Below are positions 37,182-45,815 of a DNA stretch of 64,000 nucleotides, in pieces (position 1 is the first letter of the stretch; each line of letters opens with the position of its first letter). This DNA is from Obrimoposthia wandeli (Eukaryota): the NCBI GenBank assembly GCA_977020255.1, contig CDROCS010000253.1, positions 3,410,001-3,474,000 on the forward strand, given 5' to 3'. The notes under the pieces were generated by a model. It saw nothing but the letters and a program-made list of their open reading frames with translations. It searched no databases and was not told where the DNA came from. Both the position numbers and the translations under genes were made by a program.

Positions 37182-37934
37182 ATGAATATACCAATGAACA
37201 TAATAATAATAACGCTATTAATAACAACTTCAATCGCCACTCCTGTCCTAGCGAGCAACCAAGAGATACAATCTTTTAGTAAAGCTAAAAAGACCTTAGA
37301 AAATCAGGTTTACAACAAGCATCGCACCACACTTTATTGTGGTGCCATCTTTAACGCTAAGAAACAAGTAATCCCCCCACAAGGTTTTACTACTACTAAA
37401 TATGTTAAGCGAGCTAAAAGAATTGAATGGGAGCATGTTGTACCCGCAGAAAATTTCGGACGAACCTTTAGTGAATGGCGTAATGGCCATAAGCAATGTA
37501 TCAATAGTAAAGGCAAAGCGTTTAAAGGCCGAAGATGTGCAGAGAAAGTAAATACTAAGTATCGCTATATGCAGTCTGACATGTTTAACCTTTATCCTGC
37601 CGTGGGTGCGGTTAACGCGCTAAGAAGTAATTATACCTTTACCCTATTACCAGCTATAAAAAGTGACTTTGGTAGTTGCGCCATGAAAATAGACAGTCGT
37701 AAAGCTGAGCCGCCTAAAGCAGCGAGAGGTCAAATAGCTCGAACATATCTTTATATGAATGATGTTTATGAGCTATATAGCATGAGTAAATCACAAAACA
37801 AGCTGATGAATGCTTGGGATAGAATGTACCCGGTAGACGCTTGGGAGTGTGCCAGAACTAAGAAGATCACCCGCTTACAGAAAAGTGAGAACGATGTGGT
37901 CATGAGTCGATGCAAAGCTGGTGGTATTTGGTAA
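37182..37934 (+). CDS. endA: Extracellular endonuclease I (Dns/EndA family)
   Basis: Signal peptide; TLYCG, RIEWEHVVPA, DMFNLYPAVGAVNALRSNY, RGQIARTYLYM. Confidence 0.95.
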   Translation: MNIPMNIIIITLLITTSIATPVLASNQEIQSFSKAKKTLENQVYNKHRTTLYCGAIFNAKKQVIPPQGFTTTKYVKRAKRIEWEHVVPAENFGRTFSEWRNGHKQCINSKGKAFKGRRCAEKVNTKYRYMQSDMFNLYPAVGAVNALRSNYTFTLLPAIKSDFGSCAMKIDSRKAEPPKAARGQIARTYLYMNDVYELYSMSKSQNKLMNAWDRMYPVDAWECARTKKITRLQKSENDVVMSRCKAGGIW

Positions 37935-37997
37935 ACCTACCGGATGCTGTTTAGAATGTCATTTTTTGCGATAGAATAATAACTAATGCCCTAAAAC

Positions 37998-38118
37998 TGA
38001 CGGTTTTTTTGATCCAACTTAAAATCTGACAAGGGTGTAAATACCCATGCGTTTAACACAATTTGTAAGTAGATATCCTTCGTTATCAGGTTGTGGTTTT
38101 AAGTTACTTTTTAACATG
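37998..38118 (-). pseudogene. Internally deleted copy of the tus-like gene
   Basis: MLKSNLKPQPDNEGYLLT (cf. MLKNKFKAQPDNEGDLLT) joined to DNA matching the tus 3' region (TTAAAATCTGAcAAGGGTGTAAAT, cf. 42761-42784). Confidence 0.85.
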
Positions 38119-38140
38119 TGAATATAGACTTTTATCGGTA

Positions 38141-38160
38141 TACTGTTATTATGTACAGTG
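38141..38160. promoter_or_regulatory. LexA (SOS) box, copy before tus remnant
   Basis: TACTGTTATTATGTACAGTG = CTGT-N8-ACAG. Confidence 0.8.
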
Positions 38161-38622
38161 CAGCTACTATATACTGTACTCTTACTAAGTAAATGTAAAA
38201 GATAATGAATAAAATGCACGCGGTACGAGACTTGCTAAACTTTTCTTACTTGAATCATACTGCTCTTCTTGGTTTATCACAACAATCTTATAAAAAGTGA
38301 ATTTCTCGTTTGGCATCCATTTAATGAGGAGTTTGTATAAAGGCAGCATCCGCCATTTTTATCTTCCCATACGTTTTGGTGGGTAGACCTACTACTTAAC
38401 TTCTGAAGGACAAATTTTAACTTGGTCAAGAAGTTTTAGAATCATACCCACGTCAATTTTCTCATAACCATCTAATACTTCTGCGGAACTATTTCATCCC
38501 ATTCAATAGTTTATACGGCTAGGCTATTACCCTAAATTGATTTGCAGAATGCAAAAAACGAGAAAAAACAATACAAATAAATAACAAAACGATTAAAATC
38601 AACAGCTTATTTGTTATTGCTA

Positions 38623-38639
38623 TTGGTATACTACTTGCA
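38623..38639 (+). promoter_or_regulatory. Sigma-54 (-24/-12) promoter
   Basis: TTGGTATACTACTTGCA = GG-N10-GC, about 50 bp before the large ORF. Confidence 0.65.
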
Positions 38640-38675
38640 AACCTAACTATAAGAACAAAAATATTTACGTAATAG

Positions 38676-41600
38676 TTGGAGAAAAAGATGAAAAATAATA
38701 ATGCCTATATTCGTAGTTACTATTTTGAAAATAATTATGTTAGCTCATTATCCGATGACGTTATTGGTTTAGGCGTAAAGCCTCCTCGTCGTTTAGTGAA
38801 AATAATAAATTCACTCCTGTTTATTTCAGTGATTTTTATTTTGCCTAGTGTGCAAGCCATCACACAACCTTTGTTAGATTCAGACCTAAATAACCAGTCA
38901 CTTTATGCCAGTGGCTACATTACGATGGGTGCGCGCACAACAGTTGGTGGTAATATTCAAAGTGCTACTGCGACTACACTCGCCGCCGATGCAATCGTAG
39001 GGGGTAATGTTGAGGCTGGAACCGCAGTAACTCTTGGCGCTACTGCAGCGGTTGTTGGCTATATTGAAGCGGGATCTACTGCAACATTAGGTGCAGCTGC
39101 AATTATTGATGGTTCTATTTTGGCTGGAACCACGGCTACCATAGGTGCTGGTGTTCAAATTAATGGTGAACTTATAGCCGGAACCACAGTAACAATTGAT
39201 GCAACGGTGGAAGTAGTGGGCGCTGTTTTAGCTGGAACTACTGTAACGGTTGGTGCTGGTTCAATTTTTCATGGTGATGTTGATGCCGGAACCACCACAA
39301 CCATAGGTGCTGGTGTTCAAATTAATGGGGACCTTACCGCGAACTCTCTGCTGCTACCTCCTTCTCCTCCCTTAGTAACTAATCAAGAAGCTTTACTTAC
39401 ATCGGTACAAACAACGCTGAAGGCTTTGGGAACAGGAACAGAACTCGTTTCTATTACTTTTGGGACAAACAATGAAACACTCGAAGCTGGTATCTATAGC
39501 ACTATAGATTATCTGGCGATTGCCGGAGGAAAAACCCTCACGCTTGATGGCAAGGGTGTCGACGGTACATGGATTTTTAATATTGCTAACTACCTAAGTT
39601 TTGCTATTGATGCAAAAGTAGTATTGTTAAATGTAACGGATAACAGCACCGTTATCTGGAATGTCCTAGGCGACAAAACTGGCTCCACAGGGTATACCCA
39701 ACTAGGCGCAGGCGCTGAAACCACAGGTTTTATTTTTGCTAAAGGCTTCGTCCAGACCGGTGCTAATACGGTGATAGAAGGTATAGGTAATGATTGTGGA
39801 GGGGCTTATTCAGCGACAAATTACATCGAATTTGGCGCAGATAGCATAATAGGACAGCCGGGGTGTACTAACGGTATGACCTTGTCAGTAAGCGAAGCTA
39901 TCACTGGCAAACCGTTTGCGACTTGCCCCACAGAAGCCTTTTTAATACAAGATAGCTTAGCGACGTTATATGGGGTTCAATTAGCCACGGGACAATACCT
40001 GCAACTATCAAACTCCATGGGAACGACTAATGACATTAATGCAATGGGCTTTAATACTCACGATCAATTTCTTTATGCTTGGAGTAATGAATTCGGGCAA
40101 CCCGTTCGCATTAATAGTGACTATCAAGTTACACCATTGACCACTTCAGGATTACCAGATGTATCATTTGATGTTGGTGATATTGCCATTGATAGCAATG
40201 TATATTACGTCTATAAGCCAGGTGCTTCCTACGGTTTATATGCGATATCCTTAGATTCATCGACCGCCAACTATTTGATAGCAGAATTAATTATAGATGG
40301 CAGCAGCTTAGATATAGATATCTTTGATATGGCCTTTCATCCATCTAATGGCTTTGCATACAGTGTTGATAGCCAAGGAAACCTATATCGTATTGATGTT
40401 AATAATGGCAGTGCTGAATTGATTAATAATATTGGTGAGATGGGCATTTTTGGTGCTGTTTATTTTGATGTTGATGAAAACCTTTATATTAGCCGTAACA
40501 ACGATGGTAAAATATTTAAAATAAATACCAATGAAGCCAATTCACTCGCCAATTTATTTGCTTATGGCCCAAGCTCAAGTGATAACGATGGTGCACGTTG
40601 TGCATTAGCCCCCGTTATTGCGGCAGATGCAGCAACAATAGATTTTGGGGATGCTCCTGCCTCATATGGTAGCCTCGCTGAAGATAATGGTGCTCGCCAT
40701 AGTACAGAAAATAACGCTATTTTCATGGGATCTGGTGTTGACGCCGAATTTGATAGCTTCCAATTCCCGCTAAGTGATGACGCAACAGACGGGAATGATG
40801 ATGAAGACGGTGTGGCTTTTGTCACCGGTATTGAAGTCGGTAATTCCGCAGTACTGCAACTCGTTGCATCATCATCAGCCTTTGTTAATGCATGGATAGA
40901 TTTTGACGGCAATGGTGCATTCGGACCTGATGAGAAAATTATTGATGCTCTGCAAGTAGTTCAAGGTAATAATACGATCTCTTATAACGTACCTGAATGG
41001 GCTGAGGCGGGCAGCACATGGACTCGATTTAGAATAAGTAGTACTAATGAGTTAGGTCCAACGGGTGGTGTTAGTGATGGTGAAGTGGAAGATCAGCAGG
41101 TTGATATTACAGAACAAAATGTCAGTGTACATTATTATCCTAGTGCTTCTGAGTGGGCAACCATTGCTTTTGAAGATAATTGGCCATCAACAGGCGACTA
41201 TGATTTTAATGATTTAGTCATGAATTATCGTATCAGTGAATACAGACTCGACGGTGAAGTAATTCGGATTAAACTACAAGGTCAAATAGCAGCTGCTGGC
41301 GCCTCTTACCATAACGGTTTTGCCTTTCATTTACCCGGTATTACGCGAGATACTATTGATGAAAACGCTATACGCTACACCATCAATGATCTGCCACAAA
41401 ACACCTCACCTTTAGAATCAGGACGTGATCAGGCAATAGCAATTATCACCGATGATGTGTGGAACTTTGTCAGTGCCGGTGAGAACTGTCTATATCACCG
41501 AAGTGAGTCGGGTTGTGGTTCTAAAATTCAAATGCGTTTTTCTATGACTTTACCTATGGCCAATGCGATCCCGGTTCAAGAGATGCCAGAGTTCCCATAC

Positions 41601-41951
41601 GACCCGTTTTTATTTTCTGCAGGGGGGTATCATGGCGAAGCATTTGACACGCCACCAGGCAGAGCATACGAAATACATTTACCCAATAAAGCACCGACAG
41701 AAGCTTTTAGAATCGACTTCTTTGGTCGAGAAGAAGATAGTAGCCAGCCAGAAAATCAGCGTTACTTTGTGAATGATAATGGTATGCCATGGGCGATCAA
41801 TCTTGGTGTTGAGTGGCAGTATCCTTTGGAGTACATCGATGTAATTGAGGGGTATCCATTATTTCCCAGTTTTATTTCCAATCAAGGGCTTATAGATGCC
41901 GACTGGTACACACTTGAAAATGCTAACATAAACAATATTTTTTCTGATTAA
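38676..41951 (+). CDS. Large secreted protein: expanded DUF3494/ice-binding-like beta-solenoid, DUF6923-like propeller, GEVED and LruC domains
   Basis: 8x18-aa coils; LTLDGKG...WIFNIANYL..AKVVLLN...VIWNV (DUF3494-like); DFGDAP; GEVED; AFEDNWP..GDYDFNDLV (LruC). True start probably ATG 38688 or later. Confidence 0.85.
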   Translation: MEKKMKNNNAYIRSYYFENNYVSSLSDDVIGLGVKPPRRLVKIINSLLFISVIFILPSVQAITQPLLDSDLNNQSLYASGYITMGARTTVGGNIQSATATTLAADAIVGGNVEAGTAVTLGATAAVVGYIEAGSTATLGAAAIIDGSILAGTTATIGAGVQINGELIAGTTVTIDATVEVVGAVLAGTTVTVGAGSIFHGDVDAGTTTTIGAGVQINGDLTANSLLLPPSPPLVTNQEALLTSVQTTLKALGTGTELVSITFGTNNETLEAGIYSTIDYLAIAGGKTLTLDGKGVDGTWIFNIANYLSFAIDAKVVLLNVTDNSTVIWNVLGDKTGSTGYTQLGAGAETTGFIFAKGFVQTGANTVIEGIGNDCGGAYSATNYIEFGADSIIGQPGCTNGMTLSVSEAITGKPFATCPTEAFLIQDSLATLYGVQLATGQYLQLSNSMGTTNDINAMGFNTHDQFLYAWSNEFGQPVRINSDYQVTPLTTSGLPDVSFDVGDIAIDSNVYYVYKPGASYGLYAISLDSSTANYLIAELIIDGSSLDIDIFDMAFHPSNGFAYSVDSQGNLYRIDVNNGSAELINNIGEMGIFGAVYFDVDENLYISRNNDGKIFKINTNEANSLANLFAYGPSSSDNDGARCALAPVIAADAATIDFGDAPASYGSLAEDNGARHSTENNAIFMGSGVDAEFDSFQFPLSDDATDGNDDEDGVAFVTGIEVGNSAVLQLVASSSAFVNAWIDFDGNGAFGPDEKIIDALQVVQGNNTISYNVPEWAEAGSTWTRFRISSTNELGPTGGVSDGEVEDQQVDITEQNVSVHYYPSASEWATIAFEDNWPSTGDYDFNDLVMNYRISEYRLDGEVIRIKLQGQIAAAGASYHNGFAFHLPGITRDTIDENAIRYTINDLPQNTSPLESGRDQAIAIITDDVWNFVSAGENCLYHRSESGCGSKIQMRFSMTLPMANAIPVQEMPEFPYDPFLFSAGGYHGEAFDTPPGRAYEIHLPNKAPTEAFRIDFFGREEDSSQPENQRYFVNDNGMPWAINLGVEWQYPLEYIDVIEGYPLFPSFISNQGLIDADWYTLENANINNIFSD
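38907..39338 (+). repeat. Eight tandem 54-bp (18-aa) coding repeats
   Basis: Consensus AGTTxTxGAxxxxxGxxx; 29 bp identical at 39138 and 39300. Confidence 0.9.
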
Positions 41952-41962
41952 AGAGGTGACGT

Positions 41963-42478
41963 ATGAATAAGCTATATAGTTTTATTTTATTGAGTACTTT
42001 GTTAACAGCGTGTGGCGGTGGTTCAGAAAGTAGCATACAAGAACCGACAGTAGATGAAAGTCCGCCAAGTAATGTTTTATTAGATCCAGTTCAAAGCCAA
42101 CCAGCGGTAACTGAATTTAGGTTCGAGGAGAATAAACCTTTGGAAACTGTGGCTGTTATAGAAAGTGCAGCAAAAACAAGCAGTGAGATAGACGTACCTG
42201 ATGGCTTTTCACTGAGTAGTGAGCGCACGTTTAACCTAAAGATTCTTCGGATAGAAGATGATAACCAAGCAGCCTATTTATCGCTGTGCAGTGATTATCA
42301 GCACCATAATGACGGCAGTTATACTATTAATTATGATAGCTGTTTACTCAGAACTTCATTGAATGATATTAATTACGAGTCGTTAGTTACTGTTACCAAT
42401 GACACCGAGGGCTTAGTTGTCGCACTGTGGTTTATGGATGTAACTAAAAAGCCCATCATCACGAGTTGGCGTTTTTAA
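41963..42478 (+). CDS. Lipoprotein partner of the LruC-domain protein
   Basis: Lipobox LLTAC-GGG; 11 bp downstream of the large ORF. Confidence 0.8.
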   Translation: MNKLYSFILLSTLLTACGGGSESSIQEPTVDESPPSNVLLDPVQSQPAVTEFRFEENKPLETVAVIESAAKTSSEIDVPDGFSLSSERTFNLKILRIEDDNQAAYLSLCSDYQHHNDGSYTINYDSCLLRTSLNDINYESLVTVTNDTEGLVVALWFMDVTKKPIITSWRF

Positions 42479-42644
42479 TGTCTAAATTATAAAAGTAAAT
42501 TAGAGTATCGATAGCCAAATATTAACAGTTAAATTAGTGTTACGATTTAAAAATATTCAAATGTTATACCCACTTATTTTCAATATAAAATAACCCTAAA
42601 CTTATGAAGTTTAAGGTTATTATATTCACCTGAATGAGACTGGT

Positions 42645-42676
42645 GGCGTGAGGGCGACAGTTCGAATCTGTCTACT
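42645..42676 (+). repeat. att core (tRNA 3' half), copy 2
   Basis: 31/32 identical to 37007-37038. Confidence 0.85.
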
Positions 42677-43607
42677 TCACCCCCACTAACTGTAAAAATT
42701 TATCTAACATCTCTTTATTACTTTTAATAAAAGGTTTTTTTTGATCTTTATCGCCGACATTAAAATCTGATAAGGGTGTAAATTTCGGTACCGCATTGTT
42801 TTCCTGCCCCATTAATATAAATGGAATGGTGGCATTATGCTTGTTACGTTTCTTCTCTCCATCCTTAATTAAATTAAACTCTATTGTTGGCAATAACCTA
42901 AATTGTTTTAACTTCTGTATTTTCTTATACTGTCCAGAGGTTATCTTGCTAATAGTGATATTTAACCGCGCTTTCCACTCGGTAGCACTGAACTCTATTG
43001 GTGGTACACTTTTCTTTTTTTCTACATAAAGCACCGCATCATCAAGCGAATACATTTGAGGCACCGGTCGACTAACCCAATTAAACCAAACGTTGTTTAC
43101 GTGGTCTGTTTTTATTTGAATTTTTCGGTAGAGCTGCTCTGTCATAACACCAGAAAAAGCGCGATGAATAAACTCATGACGTTGATGTTTATCTCTGTTG
43201 TGACGAATGGTGTTAGCCAAGCCATCTTTTAAGGTATTAATAGACGTTACCAGTGCCAAGACAGTCTCTTTCTCTTCATTGACAATGACAAAACCAGGTA
43301 AGCGGTTAACAAACATTGTAGAACTGGTTAGTGGCGCGTAAAAATCTTTCCACGCGTTTAACACCGTTTGTAATTCGGTCCATTGCGTCAAGGCGTTAAC
43401 AGATAAGTGTTTCACGCCAGCAACGATACAGTTTTTTTCTTCCTCTTTAGCTATTCGTTCAATCTCATAGCCAACAAAATAGGGGTTTTGTTTACTTATC
43501 ATCTCGATCAATAACGTGGTTTGAGTAACAAGCTTACTCATTAACTGAGTTACGGTAAGTAGATCTCCTTCGTTATCAGGTTGTGCTTTAAATTTATTTT
43601 TTAACAT
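42672..43607 (-). CDS. tus: Tus-like DNA replication terminus site-binding protein
   Basis: SSTMFVNRLPG, RHEFIHRAFSGVMTEQLYRKI, VWFNWVSR, EWKARL and HNATIPFI align with recalled E. coli Tus blocks; 311 aa versus 309. Confidence 0.8.
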   Translation of the reverse strand: MLKNKFKAQPDNEGDLLTVTQLMSKLVTQTTLLIEMISKQNPYFVGYEIERIAKEEEKNCIVAGVKHLSVNALTQWTELQTVLNAWKDFYAPLTSSTMFVNRLPGFVIVNEEKETVLALVTSINTLKDGLANTIRHNRDKHQRHEFIHRAFSGVMTEQLYRKIQIKTDHVNNVWFNWVSRPVPQMYSLDDAVLYVEKKKSVPPIEFSATEWKARLNITISKITSGQYKKIQKLKQFRLLPTIEFNLIKDGEKKRNKHNATIPFILMGQENNAVPKFTPLSDFNVGDKDQKKPFIKSNKEMLDKFLQLVGVK

Positions 43608-43630
43608 GAAAATATATCCTTTTACTGGGA

Positions 43631-43650
43631 TACTGTTATTATATACAGTA
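43631..43650. promoter_or_regulatory. LexA (SOS) box upstream of tus
   Basis: TACTGTTATTATATACAGTA, 24 bp upstream of the ATG. Confidence 0.88.
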
Positions 43651-43974
43651 TTATTACTAAGTAAATGTAAAAGATAGTGAATAAAATACGTGCCCTACTG
43701 TCTTGCCAAACTTTTCTTGCTTGAATGACACTGTTCTTCTTGGTTTATCACAACAATTTTATAAATAAAGAATTTCTCGTTTGGTAACTACTTAATGAGG
43801 TGTTTGTATAAAGGCAGCGCCCACCATTTTTACCTTTCCATATACCATGGTGGGTAGACCTACTATTTAAAGCAATTAATATCTTCGGGGCCATAATCAA
43901 AATACGGCTAAATTCTCTATTGAGTGTTTCTGATTTTTACAATCAAACAATAACAACTAAAAAAGACAACGTAA

Positions 43975-45114
43975 CTATCTTATATGACGTTGAAAAATAT
44001 GAAAGTCTTCGAGTGCTTTCGTTGCAGAAAATACAGTCCAACCATGCTGTTTGACAAGTATTTCGTTTCTCATATCAATGAGTACAGCAACTTTTTTACG
44101 TGGCCAACACAAATCGAATGATACTGTATTACGGTCATACTGAACCGCTACACCTAACTCCCCTACTGGTACCCTAGAGCTTTGGCATTTAAGAATAAGC
44201 CCTTCTAACGCCGTATCGGCACACTCTATCAACTGAGGATAGGTTGTATTATCAAACTTATGCTGCTCTCTTCGAAACCGGTTTATGGTAATTACGTCAA
44301 CAGGTTTTATATACAAATGCCCGTGATGCGGCTGCTTCTTGTGACAATCGCAACAGAGTGCACGCAAATTATTGCTGTCGTTATTTTTTTTGACTCCATC
44401 AATATGATGTACATGTAGCAATTTTTTTTCAGAATCGAGATCAACACCACATTGTTGGCAAATATAGTTAACTTCATTTTTTATTCTGGATGAAATAGCG
44501 GGCCAGTCTGACGAGTAAGTAACTGAGTCTTCATTTATTTTAGAGTCAGGCAAGCTTTTAAAGTAAGAACTGTAAGTTTCAAAAAATTTAACAAAACTAA
44601 AGCTTTCAAAAATAATGTTTCTATCTGGCTTTGTTTTAAGCGCATAACCTTGATAATTAAGGATACGTAAACAGTTCATGCAAGTCCCTAAATGAGCTTT
44701 ATCCTTTAGTTCTTTATGTGTTTCAGGGTCGACACCATAAACGGGTACATACCCACTCATTTCATTGGTTACCTGATAGCGTGGGAAACGCCCTGTTTCT
44801 CGCATTAACTGTAAAGTGTTACATTCAGCTATATGTATGCGTCGCCCTTGTTTTCCATCCTGAATGACATGCCGAATATCATCACCTTGATCCGGAATAT
44901 AAAGCATAACCTGACGCCCTTTATAACTAAGAACACCGTTACTATTTTCAATTTCGCCTATATCAATATCTTTACCTAACTCTTGTCCATCTCTAAGAGC
45001 GGCATCGATAGGATCAATGTCCTTAAAGACAAACCCTAACTCAAAATCAGCCTCTTCTGCCCCCATCAGTTGAACAGCGTGGCGAAGTTGACCAAAGTTA
45101 ACTGTTAACTTCAT
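43975..45114 (-). CDS. zorE: Zorya type II HNH nuclease ZorE
   Basis: CQQCG...LHVHHIDGVKKNN...NLRALCCDCH; follows zorB with GTGA/ATGA-type overlap. Confidence 0.8.
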   Translation of the reverse strand: MKLTVNFGQLRHAVQLMGAEEADFELGFVFKDIDPIDAALRDGQELGKDIDIGEIENSNGVLSYKGRQVMLYIPDQGDDIRHVIQDGKQGRRIHIAECNTLQLMRETGRFPRYQVTNEMSGYVPVYGVDPETHKELKDKAHLGTCMNCLRILNYQGYALKTKPDRNIIFESFSFVKFFETYSSYFKSLPDSKINEDSVTYSSDWPAISSRIKNEVNYICQQCGVDLDSEKKLLHVHHIDGVKKNNDSNNLRALCCDCHKKQPHHGHLYIKPVDVITINRFRREQHKFDNTTYPQLIECADTALEGLILKCQSSRVPVGELGVAVQYDRNTVSFDLCWPRKKVAVLIDMRNEILVKQHGWTVFSATKALEDFHIFQRHIR

Positions 45115-45815
45115 TCTTCAGCTTCCAAAATCCGTTTTATTTGAATATCAGCATTAGTGATCGCACGAAAGGATACCCGTCGTGATTTTTCAGCATCTTC
45201 GGTGCCAGCTTCATTCAGTATTAACCGTGACGATGAAAAGCCAACAGCGGCAATGTTACGCTTGATCCAATCAGTTTCACCTGGCACCAAACTGTATAAA
45301 TATGACAACACAGAACGAGTTCTACCTTGCGACAAACGCATATTATTAAAATATGCCTCACTGTCTGTACTAGTTAGGTTCCATGCACTACTGGTATGCC
45401 CTTCAATCCTAACTTCATTTAATGATTCACGGAACGGCTTAAGGACAGTTAAGTACCTTGGGAAAAAATCATTCAAAATATTGGTAAAGGTTGGCTTTAG
45501 TGCAATTTCACCATTATCAAAAAGTACATCTGGTGAATTAAAATTAAACGCAAGGGTATCTTTATCAATTGCTGCACCCCATGTAGGCAAGTCGTTCTTA
45601 AACTCTTCATCTAAGGCATTATAAATAGCAACTTGATTTTCTTGAAACGCTATCGCCACATTTTTAATTTTTTCATTTTCTTTTATCGTATGACGCATAA
45701 AAACAATAGCAATAAACAAAAAAACCATCATCAAACCAGCCATAAGATCAGAAATTGTTAACCAATGCTCTCCTGACTCTTCATGGCTTTTGCTACTCCC
45801 AAATAATGCACTCAT
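45111..45815 (-). CDS. zorB: Zorya ZorB (MotB/OmpA-like)
   Basis: WLTISDLMAGLMMVF TM with Asp; IEGHTSS, LSQGR, SRRVSF. Confidence 0.9.
   Translation of the reverse strand: MSALFGSSKSHEESGEHWLTISDLMAGLMMVFLFIAIVFMRHTIKENEKIKNVAIAFQENQVAIYNALDEEFKNDLPTWGAAIDKDTLAFNFNSPDVLFDNGEIALKPTFTNILNDFFPRYLTVLKPFRESLNEVRIEGHTSSAWNLTSTDSEAYFNNMRLSQGRTRSVLSYLYSLVPGETDWIKRNIAAVGFSSSRLILNEAGTEDAEKSRRVSFRAITNADIQIKRILEAEE

Noticed and set aside
38019-38219. 66-aa ORF as a real gene
   Set aside because: It is read-through across the SOS box and the deleted tus remnant
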